Source: a virus (lineage: Duplodnaviria; Caudoviricetes). From it: DNA of 64,000 nucleotides. The stretch covers positions 867 through 64,866 of the IMG/VR virus record IMGVR_UViG_3300029286_000037. One strand, written 5' to 3'. A program made the translations under genes and the position numbers. Below, one piece after another: positions 1 to 8,615 of this stretch. Every line of letters starts with the position of its first letter. Position 1 is the first letter of the stretch. Under the pieces are notes generated by a model, which had not been told where the DNA came from, searched no databases, and saw nothing but the letters and a program-made list of their open reading frames with translations.

Positions 1-924
1 AATTCTGAAGGTGCCTTCCGCTATATTAGAGACACTTGCTTCCTCTTGCTTGCTAAAAAAATCTTCCTCTTCCCTATGTTCCATAACGGTGTACTCATAA
101 GCTCTTGGACTCATTGGTGCTGGGAAATAGTTTTTGAGCTCATCTGCATCCAACCCTACAGTTTGTTCAAACCCTATATTAAAACCCTGCAAAGCTAGGT
201 GGACGGCACCATCCTTATAGTTGTCATTCATTGATATATGCCCCTCTATATCTTGGAGGTCAGTACCAAAGCTTGACACTATAAATTCAAAACTATATTC
301 CATTCTATAGGGACTAGCTGCATCATCATTAAGGGTAAATGTACTGAATGACCCAATATATGTTGACCCATCATACTCTATCTTTATACTGTCCATCACA
401 TTTATAACACGGCTTGTACCGTCTTTAAACATGGTGGGGTTAGAGGCACCATCTAGAAAATACCAGCCGTTATTTTTAAACAACCCCATAAGGTCTATCA
501 AGTTTATAAAACTAGGAGACCTTCTTCTGTATAGGTTTGTCAACCCACCTCTATTACCTGTGTAGAAATAAAAACCAGAAGATATCCCTGAAGCAGTTAG
601 TGTCGCTTGCTGGTTCCCCCATGCAGAGTTTACCCAACCCTTTCGAGAATATGCCCCACTAACGAGTTGCTGTTGACCTATAGATAAATCTTTTGGATTG
701 ATAAAGAGGGTCAGCTTAGTTATATCTAGATTAGACTTTGTATTGTATATCGATATAGAAAATTCCTTATAGTCACTTGGTACCTTTGCAGCGACCTTCC
801 AGTTTACCATATCCTTATCAAGAGTATTATCTACTACTGTATTAAAAAATAAACCGCCACCTTGTCTGGCGTAAAGCTCTGACAACGTATTCCTGGTGTT
901 AGTTAGTACTTTTGAACTTATCAT
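1..924 (-). CDS. Partial ORF running off the window edge; putative tail-tube initiator/baseplate hub-type protein, paralog of 921..1766
   Basis: Not in the ORF track. The ATG at 924 overlaps the upstream stop (ATGA) and the frame is open to position 1. TLFINPKDL..GWVNSAWGNQ..YIGSFSTFTLNDDAASPYRMEYS parallels 921..1766. Lies downstream of the tape measure gene. Confidence 0.6.
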   Translation of the reverse strand, partial: MISSKVLTNTRNTLSELYARQGGGLFFNTVVDNTLDKDMVNWKVAAKVPSDYKEFSISIYNTKSNLDITKLTLFINPKDLSIGQQQLVSGAYSRKGWVNSAWGNQQATLTASGISSGFYFYTGNRGGLTNLYRRRSPSFINLIDLMGLFKNNGWYFLDGASNPTMFKDGTSRVINVMDSIKIEYDGSTYIGSFSTFTLNDDAASPYRMEYSFEFIVSSFGTDLQDIEGHISMNDNYKDGAVHLALQGFNIGFEQTVGLDADELKNYFPAPMSPRAYEYTVMEHREEEDFFSKQEEASVSNIAEGTFRI

Positions 925-1766
925 ACCCCAACCTTCCATATAGTTTTTTCTGATTTAAAAACGGCACTATAGAGAAGTTTAAAAGGGCTGCTTGAATCAT
1001 CTGTAATGTCAAATGATTCAAAATACCCTATACAGGTAACATAATCAAAACTTATTCGAGTATATAACCGCTCTCTTATCATCCCTTGCCTTGGATGCTG
1101 ATTTAAAAAAGAAGGATTCTGTAACAGATACCTATTTACCATAGCATAATCAAAAGAATCCTTACCACCGCCACGAGAGGTGGCCGCTGTGTACCCATTA
1201 CCCTCTTGGTATAGATAGCCATTAGTTCTATAAATGTCAACTAATGCTTTAAGGAACTTATATGCTTCGGAATAATTCCTACTTAATGATGTCAAACCTG
1301 TGTAGTTATTGTTATCCAACCGTGCATTAAACGAATATGTTGATCCTGCAAAGTTTATAGTATCAAGTTCGTCTCCCCAGTGCTCCTCTACCCACCTAGT
1401 CATAGTATTATATCTATTTATTATCTTTGCAGAACTAATAACCAGGGAATTAGGGTTTGGAGTGAGTTTCAAGGCCTCAATCCTCGACCCGTCCTCAAAT
1501 TCAATAAGGGAGGTTACCATATTAGAATCTACACAATCTATAATCATAGAGTTTTCATTCTGCACTCTTTTTACATACGGAGGGAATATCTCTAATACAG
1601 AAAATTTATTATCATAATCTTCATTTATCTTCCAGTTCTGAGTGGGACCGTATGCAGTAAGAACCGGTTCAGCGCCATTCTCCTCATAAGACTTACCCCG
1701 TGTAAGAGACGTGATATCTTTGAGAGTTGGTGTTATGTTTGATACTGTTATTTTTTCAGCAGCCAT
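921..1766 (-). CDS. Putative tail-tube initiator/baseplate hub-type protein
   Basis: Directly after the tape measure. LTPNPNSL..WVEEHWGDELDTINFAG..CIGYFESFDITDDSSSPFKLLYS pattern resembles tube-fold hub proteins. Confidence 0.55.
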   Translation of the reverse strand: MAAEKITVSNITPTLKDITSLTRGKSYEENGAEPVLTAYGPTQNWKINEDYDNKFSVLEIFPPYVKRVQNENSMIIDCVDSNMVTSLIEFEDGSRIEALKLTPNPNSLVISSAKIINRYNTMTRWVEEHWGDELDTINFAGSTYSFNARLDNNNYTGLTSLSRNYSEAYKFLKALVDIYRTNGYLYQEGNGYTAATSRGGGKDSFDYAMVNRYLLQNPSFLNQHPRQGMIRERLYTRISFDYVTCIGYFESFDITDDSSSPFKLLYSAVFKSEKTIWKVGV

Positions 1767-1774
1767 ATTAAAAA

Positions 1775-4700
1775 CTACCTTCTTTTCTGTTTATCAAAGT
1801 ACATTCTCTCAAAAGCTTGTTCTATAGCCGGTCGTATGCTCCTCAAAAACTCATTTGGATCACCACTTACAGAACCTATGTTAATCTGCACTGGGATATT
1901 CGGAGCTTGAGAACCTATAGCCCCCTTTGAGCCTATACTCTTCATCATCTCAGATGCAGCAGTTCCAGCAAAGGCACCTAAATCACCCCCAACCCCTGCA
2001 GACATACTTTTAGCATTTACTACAACATCACCCTTACTTAGGAGAGCGTACCCCCCAGATGCCGCTTTATAGTCCTTATTCTGTTTCACATTCTCAGTTG
2101 GAGCTAATGCAGGGGCGGGTGACACTACCGGTTTGACCTCTATCTTTATGTCATCGACGTCTGTCAGCTTTTTAAGAGCTTTATTACCGTCTTTTGTAAG
2201 ATCTAGGATTGCTTTATTATTAGCAGCGGCATCAGTCTTAGAAGCAGTCTCATTCTTTTTCTGTAGAAACGCTATCTTATCCTCATATTTAGCTTTAGTG
2301 TCATATACTTCCTTAGCATAATCCACAGAACTCTGAGCAAAATCAGTCTGCTGGAATATATTCTTACCAGCACTTGCTCTTTTCCAAGCTTCATTTTTCT
2401 CTATTTTTTTGTCTAATTTTTTACGTTTTGCAACAGAGTCTCCATCCGTACCCGTTATCTTATCGCGTTCTGTTTGTAAAAGTAATCCCCTGTTAACTTC
2501 TTTTTCAAACGATTTATAGTTTACATCCTTCTTAAAATCCTCTCTGCTCTTAACGCCTCCAGGAATGATCCCGGCGATCTTCTCTACAAATTTAAGAATA
2601 ACACCAGCACTTTGTGCTGTAGAAACGGCTGCATTTACCAATAACTTTTGAGGGTCACTTTTAGCTACCAGGTACTTCATGTTCTCTGAAGCTATCCCAA
2701 GAAATTCTTCAATAGTGGTACTACTTTTTGCAATCTGAGTCATTCTTTTAGCTTGGTCTTCATCACTAGAATTTATAACAACTTGAGTAGGATTTAAATC
2801 AGCTGTGGCAAGATCTGATGAAGCATTCTTAGTTTTTTCATAACCGTCAACGAGTACCTTTGTAACTGTTGAGGGTAATTTAGAAAAATCATCTGCAATC
2901 TTACCCATATCTAAATGTATCCCACCTTTAGTGCCATAATCGGATAACTCATTCTTCAACTCTTTTATATCATAAGACCCTTTAGCGGAATACTTCTGTA
3001 AGATATCTGAAATACCTTTACGCTGCTTATCATCTAAGGTACTTACAGTGTCTTTCATGCTTAACGCCATGCTCTCTACTTGACCTTTGTACATCTTAGC
3101 GGTAGTCATAAAGGTCTGAGCTAAGTCTTCAGACATACCTGCAGTAGTCTTAAGATAAATACTTATCGCAGCTTGGTCCCCGGAAAAGATATCAAGTCCT
3201 GCGTCCTTCATCATTGTCTTAGAAAGGTTACCTAATAAAGGCATGATCTGATCCGAAACAGCCCCTAAAGAAGCTGCAGCATCTTGAAGTCTACCTTTTT
3301 TAGAATTCTCTAACCCCTCTTTATTTATTACTTGTAATCTCTTCAAGGCGGTTATTTGTTCCTCTTCAGCAGAGATAGCCGACTTAATACTATCTACTTC
3401 TTCAGAACTCTTCGCATTACCTAAGTCTTTTTTCTTACCTTCAAGTGTCTTCTGATGGTTCTCCAAATCTTTATTTACTTTTTCAAGACCCTTAGAAAAA
3501 ACCTTAGTATATTCGTCAACACCACCTGTTAAGTTCATAAAGGCAACTCTAGTAGTAAGATCCATATTCGAGAATAAACCGGTCAATTCCTGCGTAGACT
3601 TAGCAGCATCCTTAAATCCCATACCACCCTGCTGCTGAAAATTTTTCAAGATACCAGACGCGGTAGTCAAAAATTTCCCATAATAACTTACAGCCTCTGC
3701 AGCAGCATATGTCGCTTGGTAAAACTTCTGAGACTGTATCCCGGCGATGGAGGCATCATAGGATAAGACTTTAAAACTTTCTGCAGCATCATCTACACTC
3801 GATTTTAAATCCACCATCTGTTCCCCGAGCATTGACCCAGCCTCTTCCATAGAGACACCAAAATCAAAGGACACCTTAGATGCCTTATCAATCATCCCAC
3901 CGTACCCGCCCTGCACCTTACTAAGCACCCCTTGAAGACTCATACCTGACTCAGAGATACTCTGAAACATCCCTACAATATCTTCTGATTTTAAACCAAG
4001 TTTCATATTCCTTTGCATGTCGAATATGGAATTTGTAAATGCTGTCATTGCCTTATCTATATCCCCCATTGCCACAGTGGGGCCCTGAAGTTTTTTAAAG
4101 GTCTTATTAAAACTTTTTAAAAACTTATCAAGATCATTTACTACATTAGCCACAGCTGACACTGCTGAAATAAGGAGTCCTATCCACCCCAGCTTACCTA
4201 GAGAACCTAATGCAGTACCTAAATTCTTAAGCATATTAATAGGGCCCAAAGCCCCTTTACCTGTAGCAGCCATGACTTTATTTAACTTACCTAGCTCTTC
4301 TGAGGAGCCTTTATGTGATTTAACCGCGCCCATCTTTTCAGAAAAACCAGTCTTAGTACTAAAGATGGCTTTCAAATTTGCTATCTGATCACCCTTTAAA
4401 CCTACAGCCTTCTTTGCCTCGGCTACATGAAGAGATCTACCAGCTTCCTTCCCGGCATTTTTACTAGCCTTTTTTTGATCAACCTCTCCTGCTGCTTTAC
4501 CTGTCAACTCATCAACCATGGGGGACAACTTTCGAGGTAACTTTTTCTTAATGTCATCCCCCTTCATTGCATGCATGGACTCAACATCCCCAAGCTCTGC
4601 CTTCAACTCCTCAGCATTATCCTTATCCATCTTCCCACTCTGCACCTGTATATCAAGTTGCTTTTTCAATAGGGAAGTACGCTGCTTAGTGAGATTATTT

Positions 4701-5233
4701 AATTCCTCAAAAGAACTGAATTTTACTTTATCTAAATCAGCCAAATCTTTAAAGGTACTTTGTAATTTTTTTGCACTACCTTTAAAGGCGTTAACTTCAT
4801 CAACAGCACCAGTTAATGTCTTTCGATACCCCTTAACGGCAGCATCACTGCCTGCTATTTCTTGTTGTAGTTTTTTTAACTGAATATTATTTTTTTTAAT
4901 TTCTGCATTATTCTTCTTAGTATCTTTTGATAATGTCTTAGTAACGGCACTGAGAGCTTTTTTTGCCTTTACTTGAGCATTAAACTTTTTTACGGTTCTC
5001 TCCAAACCAACATAAGATGTCTTGATTACTTGCGTCAATTGCTCCTCTTTAGCCATATAGTCCTTTTGAGAGGTAGCAGCAGCGGACAAAGCATCGGTAT
5101 ACTTTCTCCTACTATTTACACTATACATAATAGTATTATTTAGACTTTTCTCAACTTCCAATTGATTCAGAGTAGCACGTTTTAAAGCCTCAATCTTCTT
5201 TATCTCATCATCGATTTCTCTTAAGTTAGCCAT
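1775..5233 (-). CDS. Tape measure protein
   Basis: 1152 aa, helical and A/K/S-rich, with a hydrophobic segment (LGWIGLLISAVSAVANV). Canonical position after sheath, tube and chaperones. Confidence 0.85.
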   Translation of the reverse strand: MANLREIDDEIKKIEALKRATLNQLEVEKSLNNTIMYSVNSRRKYTDALSAAATSQKDYMAKEEQLTQVIKTSYVGLERTVKKFNAQVKAKKALSAVTKTLSKDTKKNNAEIKKNNIQLKKLQQEIAGSDAAVKGYRKTLTGAVDEVNAFKGSAKKLQSTFKDLADLDKVKFSSFEELNNLTKQRTSLLKKQLDIQVQSGKMDKDNAEELKAELGDVESMHAMKGDDIKKKLPRKLSPMVDELTGKAAGEVDQKKASKNAGKEAGRSLHVAEAKKAVGLKGDQIANLKAIFSTKTGFSEKMGAVKSHKGSSEELGKLNKVMAATGKGALGPINMLKNLGTALGSLGKLGWIGLLISAVSAVANVVNDLDKFLKSFNKTFKKLQGPTVAMGDIDKAMTAFTNSIFDMQRNMKLGLKSEDIVGMFQSISESGMSLQGVLSKVQGGYGGMIDKASKVSFDFGVSMEEAGSMLGEQMVDLKSSVDDAAESFKVLSYDASIAGIQSQKFYQATYAAAEAVSYYGKFLTTASGILKNFQQQGGMGFKDAAKSTQELTGLFSNMDLTTRVAFMNLTGGVDEYTKVFSKGLEKVNKDLENHQKTLEGKKKDLGNAKSSEEVDSIKSAISAEEEQITALKRLQVINKEGLENSKKGRLQDAAASLGAVSDQIMPLLGNLSKTMMKDAGLDIFSGDQAAISIYLKTTAGMSEDLAQTFMTTAKMYKGQVESMALSMKDTVSTLDDKQRKGISDILQKYSAKGSYDIKELKNELSDYGTKGGIHLDMGKIADDFSKLPSTVTKVLVDGYEKTKNASSDLATADLNPTQVVINSSDEDQAKRMTQIAKSSTTIEEFLGIASENMKYLVAKSDPQKLLVNAAVSTAQSAGVILKFVEKIAGIIPGGVKSREDFKKDVNYKSFEKEVNRGLLLQTERDKITGTDGDSVAKRKKLDKKIEKNEAWKRASAGKNIFQQTDFAQSSVDYAKEVYDTKAKYEDKIAFLQKKNETASKTDAAANNKAILDLTKDGNKALKKLTDVDDIKIEVKPVVSPAPALAPTENVKQNKDYKAASGGYALLSKGDVVVNAKSMSAGVGGDLGAFAGTAASEMMKSIGSKGAIGSQAPNIPVQINIGSVSGDPNEFLRSIRPAIEQAFERMYFDKQKRR

Positions 5234-6296
5234 TTATAAGATCCTTTATCTCAGGCTGTATAATCTTGGTACTTATTTTCCGTAAAACCCGCTCTTTCAT
5301 CCCAGTACCTTCTTTATCTTCCATAAAAGGGCTGTCAGGCCTTACTTGCTTCTTCTGTTCTAATGCCCTCTGTAATTCGAATTCAGATATCGGTTTAGAA
5401 GGCTCAAGGAGATCCAGATCTGCTGCTGCTATCTTTTCCCTGTACGCCTTCTGCCTATCGTCAACACTCTTTTTAATATTATCTGCTTTTTGCTTTTGAT
5501 TCTCTAACCACTGGTCAATGTACAAGTCATGCTTATCTTTATCCCCAGTCATCTGCCTATAAAGCTCTTTTACAAGATCCTCACGGGAAGATAAAGGTGT
5601 AGTCCACATCTCTCTTTTTTTATTATTTTCATTGACTCTCTCTCTATCAACCCCATACTTGAATATTTCATCTCTAAGTTCTTTAAGCTCTTGCGTGTGT
5701 GTCTCATAATTTTTTGACAGCACCTTAGCACTCTTATAATTTGAGGCACTAACTACAAGGAGGGTTAAATTTAACTCCCTCCCATATTCCTGCTCCTCAT
5801 CTAGCTTCTTATTTATATGTATCCAGCTCTCAACCACACTACTAATCCCAATAGCGTCTATACCCTTAAATCCTGTGTAGGTCGCTCTGTCATAAGGGTC
5901 CATTACCGACCACAGGTACCTTGACCTTGGTGAGTAACAAAATCCCTCCAGAAACTCTAAAGAGTCGATGTACGCCTGGTTTAATTCATTAAGAGCGTCA
6001 ACTATTCTAAAAACCACTAATGCAGGAGATTTTTTATAAAATTTAACAATCTCTGCAAGGTTTTCATGTCGATACTCTATTAAATTGACCCCATCTATCG
6101 CTATGGTACAGTATGCTAAACTGAAAAAGTTTGTTTTACGTATATCCTTATCTGAACAAAAAAAACTCATCTGATGCATCTCTTTATCAGATATATCTTT
6201 TATTAATAGATCATGACCATTAATAGAAATTCTAACAGATAAAAACCCGTAGGTAATTATCCGTTCAATGTTCGAATAGGCGTCTTCTACTTTCAT
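5226..6296 (-). CDS. Putative tail assembly chaperone (long form)
   Basis: Lies between tube and tape measure; its N-terminal half resembles 6301..6858. Confidence 0.55.
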   Translation of the reverse strand: MKVEDAYSNIERIITYGFLSVRISINGHDLLIKDISDKEMHQMSFFCSDKDIRKTNFFSLAYCTIAIDGVNLIEYRHENLAEIVKFYKKSPALVVFRIVDALNELNQAYIDSLEFLEGFCYSPRSRYLWSVMDPYDRATYTGFKGIDAIGISSVVESWIHINKKLDEEQEYGRELNLTLLVVSASNYKSAKVLSKNYETHTQELKELRDEIFKYGVDRERVNENNKKREMWTTPLSSREDLVKELYRQMTGDKDKHDLYIDQWLENQKQKADNIKKSVDDRQKAYREKIAAADLDLLEPSKPISEFELQRALEQKKQVRPDSPFMEDKEGTGMKERVLRKISTKIIQPEIKDLING

Positions 6297-6300
6297 GATT

Positions 6301-6858
6301 TTAGCCCTGAGCTACTTCATCATCTTTTTCTTCAATTTTCGTGAAAACTATGGGAGACCCGTCAGGAGCACTCTCACCTTCTTCTTTAGCGGGCTCTTTA
6401 GATTCTACTTCGCTCTCTTTCTTATCCCGCTCTGCTTTTCTAGCCTCGGGGGTCTTAAACCATTTATACTCAACCTCGTTACTGAGCATTGTATCGATTT
6501 CATCCTTAAAATCAATGTACACCTCAAAAAGTTTTTCAATTATCTTAGGGGGAAGTTTTTTAAGGACTTCTCGGACGTATATCGATCTCTCCTTGGTCTC
6601 TATCTTCCCACCATTATCTATCTCGACAATTAATGGTATGATTTCCCCGGCTATCTTTGTTAGAGCATATGATAAGACCTGTAATTTTGTCCTCTCATAA
6701 AAGGATAGGGCATTATCCTCTTCCTCAGGAATAGTGTTTATTAATTGGTCTTGCTCATATGTAAGTAATGAGATACCAAACGTTGTACGACCAATTGTAA
6801 CATCTTTGGTATAGGTATAATTTTCTTCCAAAGATTTAACTACATCAGATAATGACAT
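6301..6858 (-). CDS. Putative tail assembly chaperone
   Basis: Follows the tail tube gene; has an acidic C-terminal tail and an AAGGAG RBS. Confidence 0.6.
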   Translation of the reverse strand: MSLSDVVKSLEENYTYTKDVTIGRTTFGISLLTYEQDQLINTIPEEEDNALSFYERTKLQVLSYALTKIAGEIIPLIVEIDNGGKIETKERSIYVREVLKKLPPKIIEKLFEVYIDFKDEIDTMLSNEVEYKWFKTPEARKAERDKKESEVESKEPAKEEGESAPDGSPIVFTKIEEKDDEVAQG

Positions 6859-7011
6859 GGCTGACTCCTTATATAAGATATATTTTTATTTACAAATAGA
6901 AAAAGATACAAGACGGGCTATACAGAAGAGGGAAGATATAAATCTTAAGATTTTATTTTATATGTATAGAAAAAAATGTAAGATATATTATGTTATTTAT
7001 ATGTAAAGTAA

Positions 7012-7028
7012 GTCTCCCTCTTGGAGAC
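7012..7028 (-). terminator. Possible intrinsic terminator after tail tube gene
   Basis: GTCTCC/GGAGAC stem followed by TTACTTT on the minus strand. Confidence 0.4.
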
Positions 7029-7035
7029 CCGACTC

Positions 7036-7746
7036 TTAAACTGCCAAACCACCACTGGGTTTACCAGTAGACGATGCTCCCGTAATAATATTACTTTCCG
7101 GATTTGCTATTCTTGATATAGCATTCATATTGAAATAGTCACCTGTTTCGATATAGTCTTCACTTGTGCTGGCAATGATATCTGTAACATTCACAGTAAC
7201 ATTCTCCTGTACAAGAGCTGCATCTGCAGCATACGAAACACCATAGTCAGAAATCCAGCAACCTTCAAAGTACGTAAGGATAGCGTCAAGCTCTCCATTA
7301 ATACCACCAACGGTCATACCAGGGGCATCCCCACCCTTACCTAAGATAACCGCAGGAAGACGGCTAATAACAACTTCCTGTACAATATCAAAAGGCCATT
7401 TGTGGTGACGAAGCGATCTAACTATACCATCAATACCACCTTTATACCCAAAGACCTGAAAGATCATTGAGAGGTATTGGGCAGTACGGTTGATGCTTAT
7501 AGTCATTGGCTCTGTAGCCCCAGGAACTAACTCAGCTACATGGTCTCCAAAACCGATACCACGAACAGGTTCAATGGTACGCGATTCAGAGGGGTCGAAT
7601 GTAGAAAGGACCCCTATCTGAAAAGCGGTAGTTTGGTTTCCATCAGCCGGGATAGCGTAAATTTTATTTTTTGAACTTATGACCGAAGCGGTTTCGGGGG
7701 TTACCCCTAACCGATGGACATAAGTATCTCTATCTCTAGCTGCCAT
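7036..7746 (-). CDS. Tail tube protein
   Basis: Downstream of the sheath. IGVLSTFDPSESRTIEPVRGIG..ELVPG..ISINRT and YFEGCWISDYGVSY..LVQENVTVNV fit a tube beta-fold. Confidence 0.85.
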   Translation of the reverse strand: MAARDRDTYVHRLGVTPETASVISSKNKIYAIPADGNQTTAFQIGVLSTFDPSESRTIEPVRGIGFGDHVAELVPGATEPMTISINRTAQYLSMIFQVFGYKGGIDGIVRSLRHHKWPFDIVQEVVISRLPAVILGKGGDAPGMTVGGINGELDAILTYFEGCWISDYGVSYAADAALVQENVTVNVTDIIASTSEDYIETGDYFNMNAISRIANPESNIITGASSTGKPSGGLAV

Positions 7747-7764
7747 AATAATTACTCCTTATAG

Positions 7765-8571
7765 TTAATTAGAAAAAAGTTTACTGAGTTCAGAAGCTTC
7801 ATCAGCACCGAGCTCAAACTCATCCATAGAAGCCGAAAGCTCAATACCCTCTATGATTGAAGAAACGGGCTCTCTCTGTTGATCCTCTTTCTTTTCTTCA
7901 TCTTTTGAACTTTCTTCAGCAGCATCTTTAGACTTCTCAGCTTTTTCTAAGGTCTTAATAGCTTTTGCTTTATCCTTCTTAATCTTGTCTGCTTTGATGT
8001 CAGCGATACTGGCATCCTTCTCGACTTTACCATGAGACTTCTCAACGATACCAGAATCCAAAGAGGTAGAAACATCTGGTACTTGCTCAGGTTTCAGAGT
8101 TGAAGCTTTTTCAGGAATGCCTTTATGTTTACCATTAGGAACCTGGTTTGACTCAAGTTTCTTTCCTGTATCACAGCATACAGATTTTGTCATCCCGACT
8201 ACATCACGAAGAAGATTGTCGACTACAGCTTTAGAAGCATCTTTACTCCAAAACATTCCTGCTGTTTTTTCAGAAGCTTCTACTGCCATTGGTATCCCCT
8301 CTTCTTTTTTAATTAATACTATTTTAGGCTCTGCACCAGGAAGCCCCTCAGGACCCCCGACTGGGATAACCCCAGAGTCCATAGGCCCCTTACCACACAT
8401 ACAGGCCTCTGCTTCTTCTGTGAAATCAGAAGATATAACTCCTGTAAACTTGTCGTCAGACATCTTATTTAAGACATAGGACATAGCCTTAAGATCCCGA
8501 TTATACGGTGTGTGACTGGCAAAGACTTCTGAGAGACCTTCCAATCTTTTTGCTAATGCTATACGATCCAT
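7765..8571 (-). CDS. Hypothetical protein rich in K-x-A motifs (putative head-internal protein)
   Basis: Contains EKTAG, SKDAS, EKDAS, SKDAA; charged and low-complexity; AGGAG RBS. Confidence 0.5.
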   Translation of the reverse strand: MDRIALAKRLEGLSEVFASHTPYNRDLKAMSYVLNKMSDDKFTGVISSDFTEEAEACMCGKGPMDSGVIPVGGPEGLPGAEPKIVLIKKEEGIPMAVEASEKTAGMFWSKDASKAVVDNLLRDVVGMTKSVCCDTGKKLESNQVPNGKHKGIPEKASTLKPEQVPDVSTSLDSGIVEKSHGKVEKDASIADIKADKIKKDKAKAIKTLEKAEKSKDAAEESSKDEEKKEDQQREPVSSIIEGIELSASMDEFELGADEASELSKLFSN

Positions 8572-8615
8572 ATCTAAATCTCCTTATGATAGTTTGTTTC
8601 TATTACAGTTTATGG

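Noticed and set aside
6859-7010. AT-rich intergenic region with repeated TAAGAT words as a second regulatory motif or origin
   Set aside because: The words are short and the background very AT-rich, so I cannot separate them from chance by eye.
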